From positions 150,563 through 214,562 of the forward strand of contig DAHVQG010000004.1 in NCBI GenBank assembly GCA_027317865.1: a stretch of 64,000 bases of DNA. The letters run 5' to 3'. A program made the position numbers and the translations under genes. The notes below the pieces were generated by a model. That model saw nothing but the letters and a program-made list of their open reading frames with translations. It ran no database searches and had not been told where the DNA came from. Positions 1 to 10,822 of the stretch are shown piece by piece. Source of the DNA: Bdellovibrionales bacterium. Its GTDB lineage: Bacteria; Bdellovibrionota; Bdellovibrionia; Bdellovibrionales; UBA1609. Position 1 is the stretch's first letter; each line of letters begins with the position of its first letter.

Positions 1-208
1 GCGGCTTTTGCCCCCCGCTTCTGGCCCGGATGTTTGCCAAACTCAAACCCGTCATTGCGTCTTGGGTACTCGCGGTCAATCGGCTCGGGGCCTGGGCGTT
101 AGCGTAACAGCAATAGCCGATATTTATTGCCAATAGTACAACTGCTGCGATTAGACCCAATATTTTTTTCGCAACCTTGACCTGAGCGCAATCCATGCGC
201 ACCGCCAT
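1..208 (-). CDS. Partial (3'-truncated) secreted/membrane hypothetical protein
   Basis: ATG at 208 with GGGGGA SD; reads MAVRMDCAQVKVAKKILGLIAAVVLLAINIGYCCYANAQA... (signal-peptide-like) and stays open to the window edge. Confidence 0.6.
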   Translation of the reverse strand, partial: MAVRMDCAQVKVAKKILGLIAAVVLLAINIGYCCYANAQAPSRLTASTQDAMTGLSLANIRARSGGQKP

Positions 209-241
209 TTATCCCCCAAGCTCAATCGAAATCAAATTTTA

Positions 242-1951
242 TTAAATCCATGGAGATTTTACGCCGCGTTCACGCCCTACTTGTATTGCTTTTTCATATC
301 CCGCATCAATATGACGAAATAATCCCGTCGCCGGGTCAGCTGTCAGCACACGATCGAGTCGCGCATCAGCTGCTTTCGATCCGTCCGCAACTATCACCTG
401 CCCCGCGTGAAGACTGTATCCAATACCCACACCGCCACCGTGATGAAAACTCACCCATGAAGCTCCACACGCCGTATTTACAAGTGCATTGAGAATGGGC
501 CAATCGGCAACGGCATCGGTACCGTCTTTCATAGCTTCTGTCTCACGATACGGAGAGGCCACCGACCCGCAGTCAAGATGATCACGACCGATCACGATTG
601 GGGCCTTCACTTTTTTTGTTCGCACAAGTTCGTTGAATTTTAAACCCGCTTTGGTACGTTCGCCGTATTCAAGCCAACAAATCCGTGCCGGCAAACCTTG
701 AAATGCAATCCGTTTCTCGGCGTTATCGAGCCAAGTAAGCAATGCTTTTTTCTGCGGAAAAAGCTCGCGAAGCGCATCGTCTGTCACTTGTATGTCATGC
801 GGATCGCCCGAAAGCGCCACCCAACGGAAAGGGCCGCTCCCTAAGCAAAAAAGCGGACGAATGTACTCCGGCACAAATCCAGGAATATCAAAGGCCTTGA
901 CCACTCCTTCTTCTTTAGCGACCGCGCGTATGTTATTGCCATAGTCAAAAGTCACGGCTCCCGCGTTTTGCATGGCGAGCATACCTTCAACGTGTTTAGC
1001 AATACTCGCGCGAGACTTCTTCAGATAAGATTTGGGATCATCTGTGCGCAGTTTAGCCGCTTCGGCCATCGAATAACCTTCAGGAATATACCCACGAAGT
1101 GGGTCATGCGCCGAAGTCTGATCGGTGAGCAAATCGGGGTGAAATCCACGCTTGTAAAGCTCGTGAATGACGGTGGCCATATTGCCAAGAAGGGCCACCG
1201 ATCGCGGCGTTTTCGTTTTTTTATAATTTTCAACACGGGCAATGGCATCGTCGATATTTTCGGCCACTTCATCAACGTATTTTGTTTCAACCCGGCGGCG
1301 AATACGCTCTGGGTCAACTTCAACCGCTAACACCGCCGCGCCCGCAAAAACTCCGGCCAATGGTTGCGCACCACCCATTCCACCAAGGCCTGCCGTTAAA
1401 ATACTACGCCCAAGAAGCGTGCGGCCGTCGCTTGCACTGTTTGAACTTTCGCCCGCTGTATTGGTGGCGCCAAAGTGCTTACGCCCAGCTTCGGCAAAGG
1501 TTTCGTATGTGCCTTGAATGATTCCTTGAGTGCCAATGTAAATCCAGGAGCCCGCTGTCATTTGTCCGAACATCATGAGCCCGCGCCGGTCGAGTTCATC
1601 AAAATGTTCCCAAGTAGCCCATTTACCAACGAGATTCGAATTGGCGATGAGAACCCGCGGCGCATCGGGGTGAGTTTTTACCACTCCCACCGGTTTACCC
1701 GACTGAATCAGAAGAGTTTCATCGTCGTTCAACTCTTGCAACGTTTCTAATATTTTATCAAAACAAGGCCAGTTGCGCGCCGCTTTGCCGCGTCCACCAT
1801 ACACAATCAATTCTTCGGGGTGCTCAGCCACATTCGGATCGAGATTATTTTGAATCATCCGAAACGCCGCTTCTTGAATCCAGCCTTTGCAATGTAGATC
1901 CGTGCCGGTCGGCGCCCGAACAATGCGCGCGCGGCCCTTTTCTTTTACCAT
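242..1951 (-). CDS. hutU: Urocanate hydratase
   Basis: Motifs [48 protein letters not shown]. Confidence 0.97.
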   Translation of the reverse strand: MVKEKGRARIVRAPTGTDLHCKGWIQEAAFRMIQNNLDPNVAEHPEELIVYGGRGKAARNWPCFDKILETLQELNDDETLLIQSGKPVGVVKTHPDAPRVLIANSNLVGKWATWEHFDELDRRGLMMFGQMTAGSWIYIGTQGIIQGTYETFAEAGRKHFGATNTAGESSNSASDGRTLLGRSILTAGLGGMGGAQPLAGVFAGAAVLAVEVDPERIRRRVETKYVDEVAENIDDAIARVENYKKTKTPRSVALLGNMATVIHELYKRGFHPDLLTDQTSAHDPLRGYIPEGYSMAEAAKLRTDDPKSYLKKSRASIAKHVEGMLAMQNAGAVTFDYGNNIRAVAKEEGVVKAFDIPGFVPEYIRPLFCLGSGPFRWVALSGDPHDIQVTDDALRELFPQKKALLTWLDNAEKRIAFQGLPARICWLEYGERTKAGLKFNELVRTKKVKAPIVIGRDHLDCGSVASPYRETEAMKDGTDAVADWPILNALVNTACGASWVSFHHGGGVGIGYSLHAGQVIVADGSKAADARLDRVLTADPATGLFRHIDAGYEKAIQVGRERGVKSPWI

Positions 1952-3510
1952 TCGAGTTCCCCTATTTTTTGTGTCGCAAGAGTCAGTAATTCGCCGGATG
2001 CAATATGATGGCGGATGGTTTCGACGTCTTTTGCGAACACACGATCGACTTTGGCGAGTGGCACGTACCGCTCCAACCGGTCAAACGCGACCGCGACGGC
2101 GCCTGACGGGCGTAATGGCTTCAGCAGCGAAAGTGCTTGCATGGAACACAACATTTCCATCGCCAAAATATTTTCGAGATTATCGACGACCTTGCGAAGT
2201 TTTCGTGCGGCAATCGTCCCCATGCTGACGTGGTCTTCTTTATCAACAGATGTTGGGATGCTATCAACCGACGCCGGATGCGTGTGAATTTTATTTTCAC
2301 TGACTAACGCGGCGGCTGCGACTTGCACGATCATCATTCCCGAATTTAAACCGCCGTCGACCGCCAAAAACGCAGGCAAACGGCTGAAGTTGGGATTGAT
2401 AAGCTTAGAAATTCGGCACTCGCTCATGCTGCCGATCGCGGCCAGAGCGATCGCAAGGTAATCAAGTTGAAAAGCAACCGGTTCGCCATGAAAATTCCCA
2501 CATGAGAGCACCTTGCCATCTTTGGCAAACACAAGCGGATTATCGGTGCTCGAATTGGCTTCGATTTCTAGGGTTTCAATCGCGCGGCGAAGGCTGTCTT
2601 TCACCGCTCCATGAACAGCCGGCATGCAGCGAAGTGAGTACGCATCTTGCACGCGATCACAGTTTTCGTGGCTCTTTGAGATTTCTGAAGTTTCGCCGAG
2701 TATACGCAAGAGGTTGCGGGCGGTTTTGCGCTCACCGGCATGCGGCCTTGTTTCAGAAATGAGCGGATCAAATGCAGACCGCGAACCACGTAAAGCTTCA
2801 AGACTCATGGCCCCTGAAACATCGGCTTGCAAGACAAGATTGCGCGCCCGATGAGCGGCAAGTAATCCCACTGCCGTCATAACCTGACAGCCATTAATGA
2901 GCGACAAGCCCTCTTTGGCTTTAAGTTTAAGCGGCTCTAAGTTATGCGACTTCAAAACTTCGAGCGTATTTTGACGAGTGCCGCTCGGTGACCACACTTC
3001 ACCTTCGCCAATTAACGACAACGCCAAATGCGCGAGCGGAGCAAGGTCACCGCTAGCTCCCACACTGCCTTGCGATGGAATCACGGGAATAATATCATGA
3101 TTTAAAAACTCGATAATTTTTCCGACGACCTCAACTCTCACGCCACTATGGCCGCGCGCAAGCGTATTGGCCCGCAAAAACATTATGGCCCGGCTTTCAG
3201 CGCGCGTAAACGGCTCGCCCACCCCGACGCAGTGAGAGTGTATTAAATTTTTTTGTAAATTTTCAATATCCGCGTCCGAAATGCGCACCGAACTGAATGC
3301 GCCAAATCCCGTGTTCACTCCATAAATGATTTCGCCCTTTGTAATCGCTTTTTCAATGAAATCACGAGAGGTCTGCATGCGCGCACGGGCGCTGTCTGAA
3401 AGTTGCACGTGCTCGCCCCGCCACGCGGCCACCGCTTCGCCCGCAGCTTCAGCACCAGCCACCTTCCAAACTTCATCAATTGTTACACCTTCGCCCGTAA
3501 TTTCGATCAT
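1945..3510 (-). CDS. hutH: Histidine ammonia-lyase
   Basis: [11 protein letters not shown] motif [30 protein letters not shown]. Confidence 0.97.
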   Translation of the reverse strand: MIEITGEGVTIDEVWKVAGAEAAGEAVAAWRGEHVQLSDSARARMQTSRDFIEKAITKGEIIYGVNTGFGAFSSVRISDADIENLQKNLIHSHCVGVGEPFTRAESRAIMFLRANTLARGHSGVRVEVVGKIIEFLNHDIIPVIPSQGSVGASGDLAPLAHLALSLIGEGEVWSPSGTRQNTLEVLKSHNLEPLKLKAKEGLSLINGCQVMTAVGLLAAHRARNLVLQADVSGAMSLEALRGSRSAFDPLISETRPHAGERKTARNLLRILGETSEISKSHENCDRVQDAYSLRCMPAVHGAVKDSLRRAIETLEIEANSSTDNPLVFAKDGKVLSCGNFHGEPVAFQLDYLAIALAAIGSMSECRISKLINPNFSRLPAFLAVDGGLNSGMMIVQVAAAALVSENKIHTHPASVDSIPTSVDKEDHVSMGTIAARKLRKVVDNLENILAMEMLCSMQALSLLKPLRPSGAVAVAFDRLERYVPLAKVDRVFAKDVETIRHHIASGELLTLATQKIGELEW

Positions 3511-3520
3511 AAAATTTCGA

Positions 3521-4186
3521 TCACAATTCTTGCTTTGCCGCCTTTAGCTTTGCAATCGCCTCTCTATAGTCGCGGCTAAATATATAATGTCCGGCTACCA
3601 GCACATCCGCCAAGCGACATTGCGTAGCGGTGTCAGCGTTGATACCGCCGTCGACCTCGATTAGGGCCTTCGAGCCGATTCGGTTTAACTCCGCTCGAAT
3701 CGCCGCAATCTTACCCACCTGTTCAAACATAAAAGTTTGCCCGCCAAAACCGGGGTTCACCGTCATAATGAGAATTAAATCCGTTTTTGACAGGTATGGA
3801 AAAATCTTTTCAACCGCTGTCGCAGGACGCAAAGTCAGACCAGCTTTGCACCCAGCGGCGCGAATGGTTTCAAGGCAACCGTCAACCTCGTCGGTCGATT
3901 CAACATGGATGGTAATAAGGTCACTGCCCGCATTTATGAACTCTTTTAGCCATTTTTCAGGGCGTTCGATCATCAAATGGACGTCCAACGGCTTCTTTGT
4001 GCAGGACCGCAAACTTTTGATCACGGGCGCGCCAATAGTTAAATTGGGCACGAAATGACCGTCCATCACGTCGATATGCAGCCAATCAGCGCCCGCGTTT
4101 TCAACGGCACTAATTTCTTCGGAGAGCCGCGAAAAATCGGCCGATAATAAACTTGGAGCAATCAAAAATTCATTCAACTCGATCAC
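3521..4186 (-). CDS. rpe: Ribulose-phosphate 3-epimerase (start may be TTG at 4177)
   Basis: IAPSLLSADF, HIDVMDGHFVPN, MTVNPGFGGQ, EVDGGIN. Confidence 0.96.
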   Translation of the reverse strand: MIELNEFLIAPSLLSADFSRLSEEISAVENAGADWLHIDVMDGHFVPNLTIGAPVIKSLRSCTKKPLDVHLMIERPEKWLKEFINAGSDLITIHVESTDEVDGCLETIRAAGCKAGLTLRPATAVEKIFPYLSKTDLILIMTVNPGFGGQTFMFEQVGKIAAIRAELNRIGSKALIEVDGGINADTATQCRLADVLVAGHYIFSRDYREAIAKLKAAKQEL

Positions 4187-5126
4187 CTACTTTGAGCTTA
4201 TAGCCTAACAAAAAATCATGGGCCGACATTGGTGATTTCGACTCCGGTTGCACGCGTGTAATACGTAACGCTCCCTCGCGGCAAGCCACAGTAAAACTGT
4301 CGTTACCCACGGCTACAATATTCCCCGGCGTATTCCGAGCAGAAGTATCTGTCAAATGAACGACCTCGCCGCTGAGTATTTTAAGCGCACGACCGTTTAA
4401 ATTCGTCGCCGAACCGGGGCCCAAAATCATGGCACGAATATGATTACGTATTTGCGTGGCCGTTTTATTGTTCCAATCGATCTGTGCTTCTGATTTTTCA
4501 ATTTTGTGCGCATACGTCACGAGTTTCTCGTCTTGGGGAGTCGGCACCAAATCTCCGCGCAAATATTTGAGAAAATCCACTCGTAAAAGCCGCACGCCGA
4601 GCGGCATTAGTTCATCGTGAAGGCGTTGAGCATCCCACGACTCGTCGATTTTGACACGATAGCTCGCAATTACATCACCAGCATCGAGCTTTTTAACCAT
4701 TAGTTGCAGCGACACACCAGTTTCAATATCGCCAGCCTCAATGGCGCGCTGAATAGGCGCGGCCCCCCTCCAGCGCGGCAAGAGACTCGCATGTACATTG
4801 ACCACTTTGCCAGGAAATATATCTAAAAAAGTTTGCGGCAAAATCTGACCGTACGCTACAACAATGGCGGCATCTGCGCCCCAACTTTTAATCTCACGTA
4901 AAGTCTCTTCATTTTTAATGGTTTCAGGCGTGATGACGCGCAAACCCCGATCAAGAGCTAATTGTTTAACCGGGCTCGGCGTGAGGTGCATTTTACGGCC
5001 GCTGGGGCGGTCAGGTTGGCTAATTACTCCGACGACTGAATACTGGGGATCATCAATAAGACTCGCAAGATGATGACGCGAAAAATCTGGAGTGCCCAGA
5101 AAAACAACACGAATGGTTGAACTCAA
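4170..5126 (-). CDS. fmt: Methionyl-tRNA formyltransferase
   Basis: FLGTPDF, QPDRPSGR, NVHASLLPRWRGAAPIQ; follows def. Confidence 0.96.
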   Translation of the reverse strand: MSSTIRVVFLGTPDFSRHHLASLIDDPQYSVVGVISQPDRPSGRKMHLTPSPVKQLALDRGLRVITPETIKNEETLREIKSWGADAAIVVAYGQILPQTFLDIFPGKVVNVHASLLPRWRGAAPIQRAIEAGDIETGVSLQLMVKKLDAGDVIASYRVKIDESWDAQRLHDELMPLGVRLLRVDFLKYLRGDLVPTPQDEKLVTYAHKIEKSEAQIDWNNKTATQIRNHIRAMILGPGSATNLNGRALKILSGEVVHLTDTSARNTPGNIVAVGNDSFTVACREGALRITRVQPESKSPMSAHDFLLGYKLKVGDRVE

Positions 5127-5800
5127 AGCCGATGTTCCGAAGGTGTTTTAGATTCTTCGCCTTTATCGGACTCGTCATCGTCTTTTTGATCCGTAGAATA
5201 TCCAAATTTGCGAATTTTCGCCTTAATTCTCGCCGATTTAATTGGGCTGAGACGATCGATAAAAAGCTTGCCGTCCAAATGGTCTATTTCGTGTTGAATA
5301 CAAATAGCAAGCAGACCGTCGGTTTTAAATTCAATTTTCTTACCTTCTATATTGAGAGCTTCGACTTCAATGATTCGTGCCCGCTCCACCACTTCAAAAT
5401 AGGTGGGAACACTCAAACAACCTTCATTATAAGTAATCTTGCCTTCTTTTTTTTTCACGACCGGATTGAACAAAATGAGCGGCTGAGCGATGTTCTTTTC
5501 GAATACTGGTTCGCCCAATTCGTCCCGAAGCTCGCGTTCGTTGACTTCGTCTTCGGGGCCCTCACGACTGTCGTCTTCGGGGCCCTCACGACTGTCGTCT
5601 TCGGGTCGACGCGTATCAATTACGATCAAGCGGATTTGCCGATTCACTTGCGCTGCCGCAAGGCCGATCCCGCGGTGGGCATACATTGTTTCCAGCATAT
5701 CGTTGGCAAATTGGGCAAGCTCGTCGGTGACTTTATCAACCGGCTTACATTTTTTGCGTAAATTCGGATCTGGAAATTTTAGAATTTCTAACTTCGCCAC
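5123..5800 (-). CDS. def: Peptide deformylase with acidic repeat insertion
   Basis: GIGLAAAQV, EGCLS, QHEIDHLDG motifs. Confidence 0.96.
   Translation of the reverse strand: MAKLEILKFPDPNLRKKCKPVDKVTDELAQFANDMLETMYAHRGIGLAAAQVNRQIRLIVIDTRRPEDDSREGPEDDSREGPEDEVNERELRDELGEPVFEKNIAQPLILFNPVVKKKEGKITYNEGCLSVPTYFEVVERARIIEVEALNIEGKKIEFKTDGLLAICIQHEIDHLDGKLFIDRLSPIKSARIKAKIRKFGYSTDQKDDDESDKGEESKTPSEHRL
5547..5605. repeat. Perfect 24-bp tandem repeat (about 2.5 copies) inside def
   Basis: TCGTCTTCGGGGCCCTCACGACTG at 5547-5570 and 5571-5594, plus 11 bp at 5595-5605; encodes (PEDDSREG)2-PED. Confidence 0.95.
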
Positions 5801-5806
5801 AAAATA

Positions 5807-5835
5807 ACAATACCAAATTCATTAGAGGCGGTCAA
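5807..5835 (-). promoter_or_regulatory. Putative sigma70 promoter for def (leaderless)
   Basis: TTGACC-N17-TATTGT, then 6 nt to the GTG start; no SD. Confidence 0.55.
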
Positions 5836-5847
5836 AATTGCCCGTTT

Positions 5848-6927
5848 TCACTGCTTTAAATTGACGAGCGCGGCCGTCGCCGCCCCGCCCATGATAAAAT
5901 TCGGCCCCCAAGCCGCTAACATGGGATCAATCACTCCGTGTTTACCCATCGCCAATGAGGCACTGTAAAACACCCAATAAATGAAGCCGATAGCAACACT
6001 CAACCCGATATTTACCATATTACCACCGGCGCGCGCGCGCTTAATGGTGAACGGGATCCCCATCAACGACAATACAAGGCCGGCAAACGCGTACGACATT
6101 TTGGAATAAAGATCTACCTCATAGCCGAGCGTATTAAGGCCGGCCGCCTTGTTTCTTTCGATAAAATGGCGCAACTGTTCCGTCGTGAGAGTGTCGCTTG
6201 ATGGCCTTACAGCAGCAAAATCGGCTAAGTCTTCACTTACAGTCAGAGTTTTTCTTTGAAATGTTTTAGTTAACGGAAAACTCGATTCGTTAGTGAACAA
6301 AGTCACCGAGCCATCGCGCAAATGCCAAGTTTTTTTGTTCATGAATACCGTTTTAGCTTTAATAAGCTGCACAAGGTTCCAGGCATTATCGAAATAATAA
6401 AGAGTGATGCCTTGTGCCGTCTTTTTTTCGGCGTTTAAATAAGAAATATTAAAAATCGTATTATGCGATCGATACCAAATTTTGTTTCGTTCAACCGTCG
6501 AATATAGTCCAGGGTCTTTTTCTAGGTCGACGTAATAAACATAGTTTTTCTTTTGTGCCGCAACGGGCAGAACATGATCGCCGAACCAATACGTGAATAA
6601 ACAAATAAGGCTCAGAACCATCAATACCGGCAAACACACGCGCGCCAAACTGTACCCCAAACTATAAAGCGCGGTGAGTTCGTTGTTACGGTTGAGCGCT
6701 GAGAGCGTGAACATCGTCCCCACCATGCCGCCAATAGGCATCAGGCGATATAGGATACGGATTATGTCATACTTATAATATTCAACTAAAACGTGCGTGG
6801 GAGCGTGAAACTGCATCGACACCGACGTGTAATCGATTGCAAGGTAGATCGCTGCAAACACAATAAGTCCGCCTAAAAAATAAAAGAAAAAATTTTTCGC
6901 TAAATAGCGGTCGATACTAGTAAACAG
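5848..6927 (-). CDS. LPS export permease, LptF/LptG family (LptG-like); probable CTG start
   Basis: Frame extends to CTG at 6927 (FTSIDRYLAKNF...), with GAGGTGAT SD and an in-frame stop just upstream; NNELTALYSLG, LAAWGPN motifs; 3+3 TM layout. Confidence 0.85.
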   Translation of the reverse strand: MFTSIDRYLAKNFFFYFLGGLIVFAAIYLAIDYTSVSMQFHAPTHVLVEYYKYDIIRILYRLMPIGGMVGTMFTLSALNRNNELTALYSLGYSLARVCLPVLMVLSLICLFTYWFGDHVLPVAAQKKNYVYYVDLEKDPGLYSTVERNKIWYRSHNTIFNISYLNAEKKTAQGITLYYFDNAWNLVQLIKAKTVFMNKKTWHLRDGSVTLFTNESSFPLTKTFQRKTLTVSEDLADFAAVRPSSDTLTTEQLRHFIERNKAAGLNTLGYEVDLYSKMSYAFAGLVLSLMGIPFTIKRARAGGNMVNIGLSVAIGFIYWVFYSASLAMGKHGVIDPMLAAWGPNFIMGGAATAALVNLKQ

Positions 6928-6987
6928 CTATCACCTCGTTGTCTGCCCTATCTTGACTCTACACTGGATTCGATGTTGACTCGAATC

Positions 6988-7959
6988 ATGGCTTTGCGCG
7001 TCTTACTTGCTGATGAAAGTGTCACTATAAAAAAGGTTTTTCAAGTAGCCTTGCAAGACTTTGGTGTCGAGGTCACACCCGTCACCATTGGCAGTGATGT
7101 TGTCGCGGTGGCCGAACGCGTTCATCCCGATATCGTCTTCGTGGACGTACTTTTACAAAAGAAAAACGGCTATGACGTTTGCCGGGACTTAAAAAAGACG
7201 CCGTCACTGGCCGCCACACCGGTCGTCCTTATTTGGAGTGGTTTCATGGAACTAGATCAACAAAAATATCGAAACTCGGGTGCAAACGACCATTTAGAAA
7301 AGCCATTTGACGCACAGAAATTGCGCTCCATTATCACCGATTTGGTTCCAAAAACAAAAACTCAACCCGTCGCGCCTTTTGTTACACTTCCAAAACTTCC
7401 GGAATTTGACGAAGGCCCGCAATCGGTCCCGCTCGAAGCGAGCGGCTCTTCGTCTAAAGATAATTGGTCAATGGAAAGTTTTGAACCGCCGGCTATTCCA
7501 ATATCTGCCGACGCCGATGAATTCACGAATGTTCCAATTGCGTCACGCTCGAATTTAAACCGGGCGTTGCAAAATAAAAACCCCAGCACGGCAAACAAGC
7601 ACGCTGTATCTAAATCCGACGATGAATTGGTAACTGCCGAAGATGACGGGCTCTGGGTACAAAAATCGTTATCGCGATTTCAACTCGAACCCGATAAGCA
7701 AGAGGATTCTGGTTTAGTTGAGCTAAATTTAGATATACATAAAGGCGAAAGCGCCAATCTTATGCCGCCTGAAACACCGAAAGAAGTCGCGCATAAACCA
7801 AAAGCTGAAATCCCGCAATTATCGGAAGAGCAGCTTATACAAATAGTTCGTGCGCAATCCAAAGAAGTCATTGAAAAAGTGGTATGGCAAATCTTGCCAG
7901 AAATTGCAGCTCAAGTTGTGGAACGCGAACTCAGCAAGTTATTAGATGAACGCAAATGA
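6988..7959 (+). CDS. romR: RomR-like polarity response regulator (REC domain, acidic/Pro linker, conserved C-terminal helix)
   Basis: N-terminal REC (LLADESVTIKK, VFVD, KPF); C-terminal SKEVIEKVVWQILPEIAAQVVERELSKL resembles the RomR C-terminal region. Confidence 0.75.
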   Translation: MALRVLLADESVTIKKVFQVALQDFGVEVTPVTIGSDVVAVAERVHPDIVFVDVLLQKKNGYDVCRDLKKTPSLAATPVVLIWSGFMELDQQKYRNSGANDHLEKPFDAQKLRSIITDLVPKTKTQPVAPFVTLPKLPEFDEGPQSVPLEASGSSSKDNWSMESFEPPAIPISADADEFTNVPIASRSNLNRALQNKNPSTANKHAVSKSDDELVTAEDDGLWVQKSLSRFQLEPDKQEDSGLVELNLDIHKGESANLMPPETPKEVAHKPKAEIPQLSEEQLIQIVRAQSKEVIEKVVWQILPEIAAQVVERELSKLLDERK

Positions 7960-8795
7960 CCGAAAATTCGCTCTCGCGCCTGATACAAATCGCATTGCAA
8001 GAAGATATCCCGACGGTCGACGTGACCACCGACAGTTTACACCTCGATTCACTCCAAGGTCTTGCACGTGTTATTGCTAAAGAGGATCTCGTTCTTTCAG
8101 GAACCGACCCTTTTACCGAAACACTAAAAGCCATCGACTCATCGGTGACCGTGGACTGGCAATTCCAGGACGGGGCATTTATATTAAATCAGCAAAACAT
8201 TTGCGTCATCCGCGGCCCCATCGCATCGATTTTAAAAGGTGAGCGCGTGGCCCTTAATTTTCTTGGCCATCTTTCGGGCATCGCAACTCTTACCCGCTGT
8301 TACGCCGAACAAATTAAACATACCAAAACGAAAATTTTGGATACGCGTAAAACGCTGCCGGGTTTGCGAGCGCTCGAAAAAATGGCGGTCGTTCATGGGG
8401 GTGGATGCAATCACCGAATGAGTCTAAGTGATGGCGTTCTTATTAAAGAAAACCATATTGAATTTGCCGGCGGACTCGCTATAGCGGTTAATTCGATTCA
8501 GAAAGAAAGTCGGCTGCCCGTTGAAGTTGAAGTGCGAAATCTTGATGAAGTCCGCAAGGCTGTGAGTCTCGGTGTTTGGCGAATTTTACTTGATAACATG
8601 TCCATTGACGATATGCGCGAAGCGCTAAGAAATATCCCGGCACCTATCGAAACAGAAGCGTCTGGCAATATGACACTTGAACGCGTACGTGAAGTGGCCG
8701 AACTGGGAGTCGATTTTATCAGCGTCGGCGCACTCACCCACTCTGCCCCTTGTGCCGATATCAGCTTATTACTTGAACAAAGGACCTCGACGTGA
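7956..8795 (+). CDS. nadC: Nicotinate-nucleotide pyrophosphorylase (quinolinate phosphoribosyltransferase)
   Basis: ERVALNFL..LSGIAT, DTRKTLPG, HRMSLSD, IKENH, LLDNM, ISVGALTHS. Confidence 0.96.
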   Translation: MTENSLSRLIQIALQEDIPTVDVTTDSLHLDSLQGLARVIAKEDLVLSGTDPFTETLKAIDSSVTVDWQFQDGAFILNQQNICVIRGPIASILKGERVALNFLGHLSGIATLTRCYAEQIKHTKTKILDTRKTLPGLRALEKMAVVHGGGCNHRMSLSDGVLIKENHIEFAGGLAIAVNSIQKESRLPVEVEVRNLDEVRKAVSLGVWRILLDNMSIDDMREALRNIPAPIETEASGNMTLERVREVAELGVDFISVGALTHSAPCADISLLLEQRTST

Positions 8796-9580
8796 CGGTA
8801 CCTCGACCTTTTCACGTCTATGATGTCACGAAAGAATGGCTCAACAGCAAAATCCAAACCGACTCTTCGCAATTCAAGTTTACCGCTTCACGAATTATTG
8901 AAAGCACTAACGATCTCGCTAAAAACGAAGCCTTTAGTAAGTCGATACCTGGCGAGAAAATATATTTGGCTGATATTCAAACTAAAGGACGCGGCCGCGG
9001 CGCAAACGCCTGGATCGCACCCCCCTCCGGTGATGCGCTTTTGATGACTTGGTCATGGGAACTTGAAAATGCCGCGCAACCGATCACGGCACCCCTCATG
9101 GGACTTCACATTTATCGCGCGCTAAATCAGACCTTTTCAAACGCGGGGTTAAGCCTCAAGCCACCCAATGATATTTATTTTTTAAACAATAAAATCTTAG
9201 GAATTCTTGCCGAAGCCTTACAGCAAGGCCCGCGCCACCGCCTAATTGTAGGCTTTGGGTTAAACGTATTTTCTGCGCCATCAGGTGTGCCAATTGCCGG
9301 ATGCTTAAGCGCACTCGAACAAAAAAACGGCGAACCAGACCGCAACGAAAATGAACAATATCTGACGGCACCGATTTGGCTGAAGTTTCTTGATGACCTC
9401 GCAACGGAACTTCGTACGGCAGTTAAAAAATCACAATTGAATGAGATGCCCCAAAAGGATTGCGAAGATTTGTTAGCCGCGATCCGCCGACATCCAGCAG
9501 GTCTTCGCTACACGCGCGTTTTTCCGAATGGCGATCTTGAAACCGCCCAAAATGATATGTTATCGTGGCGAAATCTTTGA
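8792..9580 (+). CDS. birA: Biotin-protein ligase (no HTH)
   Basis: STND, QTKGRGRG, LKPPND, KILGIL, VGFGLNV. Confidence 0.85.
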   Translation: MTVPRPFHVYDVTKEWLNSKIQTDSSQFKFTASRIIESTNDLAKNEAFSKSIPGEKIYLADIQTKGRGRGANAWIAPPSGDALLMTWSWELENAAQPITAPLMGLHIYRALNQTFSNAGLSLKPPNDIYFLNNKILGILAEALQQGPRHRLIVGFGLNVFSAPSGVPIAGCLSALEQKNGEPDRNENEQYLTAPIWLKFLDDLATELRTAVKKSQLNEMPQKDCEDLLAAIRRHPAGLRYTRVFPNGDLETAQNDMLSWRNL

Positions 9581-9599
9581 AGCGTAGGAGAAATTTGCC

Positions 9600-10148
9600 A
9601 TGTCGCTTTTATACACCCCAGAAGTTGCTCTAGGCGCAGAAATGCCTAAATTTAAACTTAAGACGGTTGACGAGCGAAATTGGTCATCGGATCAAATCGC
9701 GAAAGCTCCGGCCAAAGTGATCGTGTTTATGTGCAATCACTGCCCATATGTAAAAGCAGTTGAATCGAGAATCATCACTCTTGCGCGCGCACTTGCGGTT
9801 CAAGGCGTGCCGCTGGTTGGGATTTGCTCTAATGACCCGACCGATTATCCCGAAGACGCCCCCGCTGAACTTCTCAAACGTTGGCGAGAACGCGAGTACG
9901 GTTTTGATTACCTCATTGATGACACTCAAGACGTGGCTCGCGCATTTGGAGCCGTTTGCACGCCCGATTTTTTTGCTTACGATAAACAAAATCGCTTGTC
10001 GTATCGGGGTCGGCTTGACGACTCGTGGAAGGACCCAAGCAAAGTAAAGCGAAATGAGCTAAAAGTCGCCGTCGACAAAATTTTAAAAGGCGAGTCAATC
10101 GCCGAACAAAGCCCCTCAATGGGCTGCTCCATTAAATGGCGCGAATGA
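9600..10148 (+). CDS. Thioredoxin-fold AhpC/TSA-family protein
   Basis: CNHCPYV, YPED, AVCTPDFF, YRGRLDDS, SMGCSIKW. Confidence 0.9.
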   Translation: MSLLYTPEVALGAEMPKFKLKTVDERNWSSDQIAKAPAKVIVFMCNHCPYVKAVESRIITLARALAVQGVPLVGICSNDPTDYPEDAPAELLKRWREREYGFDYLIDDTQDVARAFGAVCTPDFFAYDKQNRLSYRGRLDDSWKDPSKVKRNELKVAVDKILKGESIAEQSPSMGCSIKWRE

Positions 10149-10183
10149 TTGGCATAAGCGCAAATCCGCGTTGCGAAAAATTT

Positions 10184-10792
10184 TTATTGCTTAGCCGTTG
10201 AACTTTTTTTAGCTGACGGGACTGGTGCGGCATCTGCCGCGGACTGAATCGCGATGTAATAATCCGTCGTCATCGATTGGGGACCTTGTACTGTATACAC
10301 CTCAAGCGACGCCACAGCCGTTTTCAAATGATGAACACGCGCGTATTTGCGCATTCGCGGATAAACTTTGAACGGACCGATCGAGGGCGACCCGTCAAAT
10401 GATGCCCAAAGGTATCGTCCCGGTAAGCGCCTTTCTATTTTGTACGGTCCCGTCGCGACAATTTTATCTAAATCTTTGGGGGCAAACCTTGAGTCAACCA
10501 CGCATCCCACTCGGCTTTGCAACCGGCGCTGATCCGTCGTTTCAGGATTATCCAGGTATTCTCCAAAAGTCTTCTCGCACGTCAAGTTATGTTCCGTGGC
10601 CCACTGTTGAACTTTATCCATGAGTGGAGCGACTTCATTGTACGGCCCGACGTGGGTTGTATATAGAAGAGTCATCGCCGGCGCCATCTTCATTCCGACC
10701 TTCGGAACTTTATACGCTCCCAAATGCACGTAAACGGCAATGGCAAATGTGACGATCATTGCGACGAAAACAAGAAAAATTGTTTTTATCAA
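10184..10792 (-). CDS. Membrane-anchored GyrI-like small-molecule-binding protein
   Basis: N-terminal TM; HVGPY, FGEYLDNP, SRVGC, SLEVY patterns. Confidence 0.7.
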   Translation of the reverse strand: MIKTIFLVFVAMIVTFAIAVYVHLGAYKVPKVGMKMAPAMTLLYTTHVGPYNEVAPLMDKVQQWATEHNLTCEKTFGEYLDNPETTDQRRLQSRVGCVVDSRFAPKDLDKIVATGPYKIERRLPGRYLWASFDGSPSIGPFKVYPRMRKYARVHHLKTAVASLEVYTVQGPQSMTTDYYIAIQSAADAAPVPSAKKSSTAKQ

Positions 10793-10822
10793 AGCGGCCC
10801 CTTGCGCTGTTTGAGTCGCAAA

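Noticed and set aside
5547..5605. Repeat as a possible CRISPR remnant
   Set aside because: No spacers, in frame within a coding gene, and no cas genes
5117..5761. 214-aa plus-strand ORF with repeated VVFGALTT
   Set aside because: Antisense shadow of def and its 24-bp repeat
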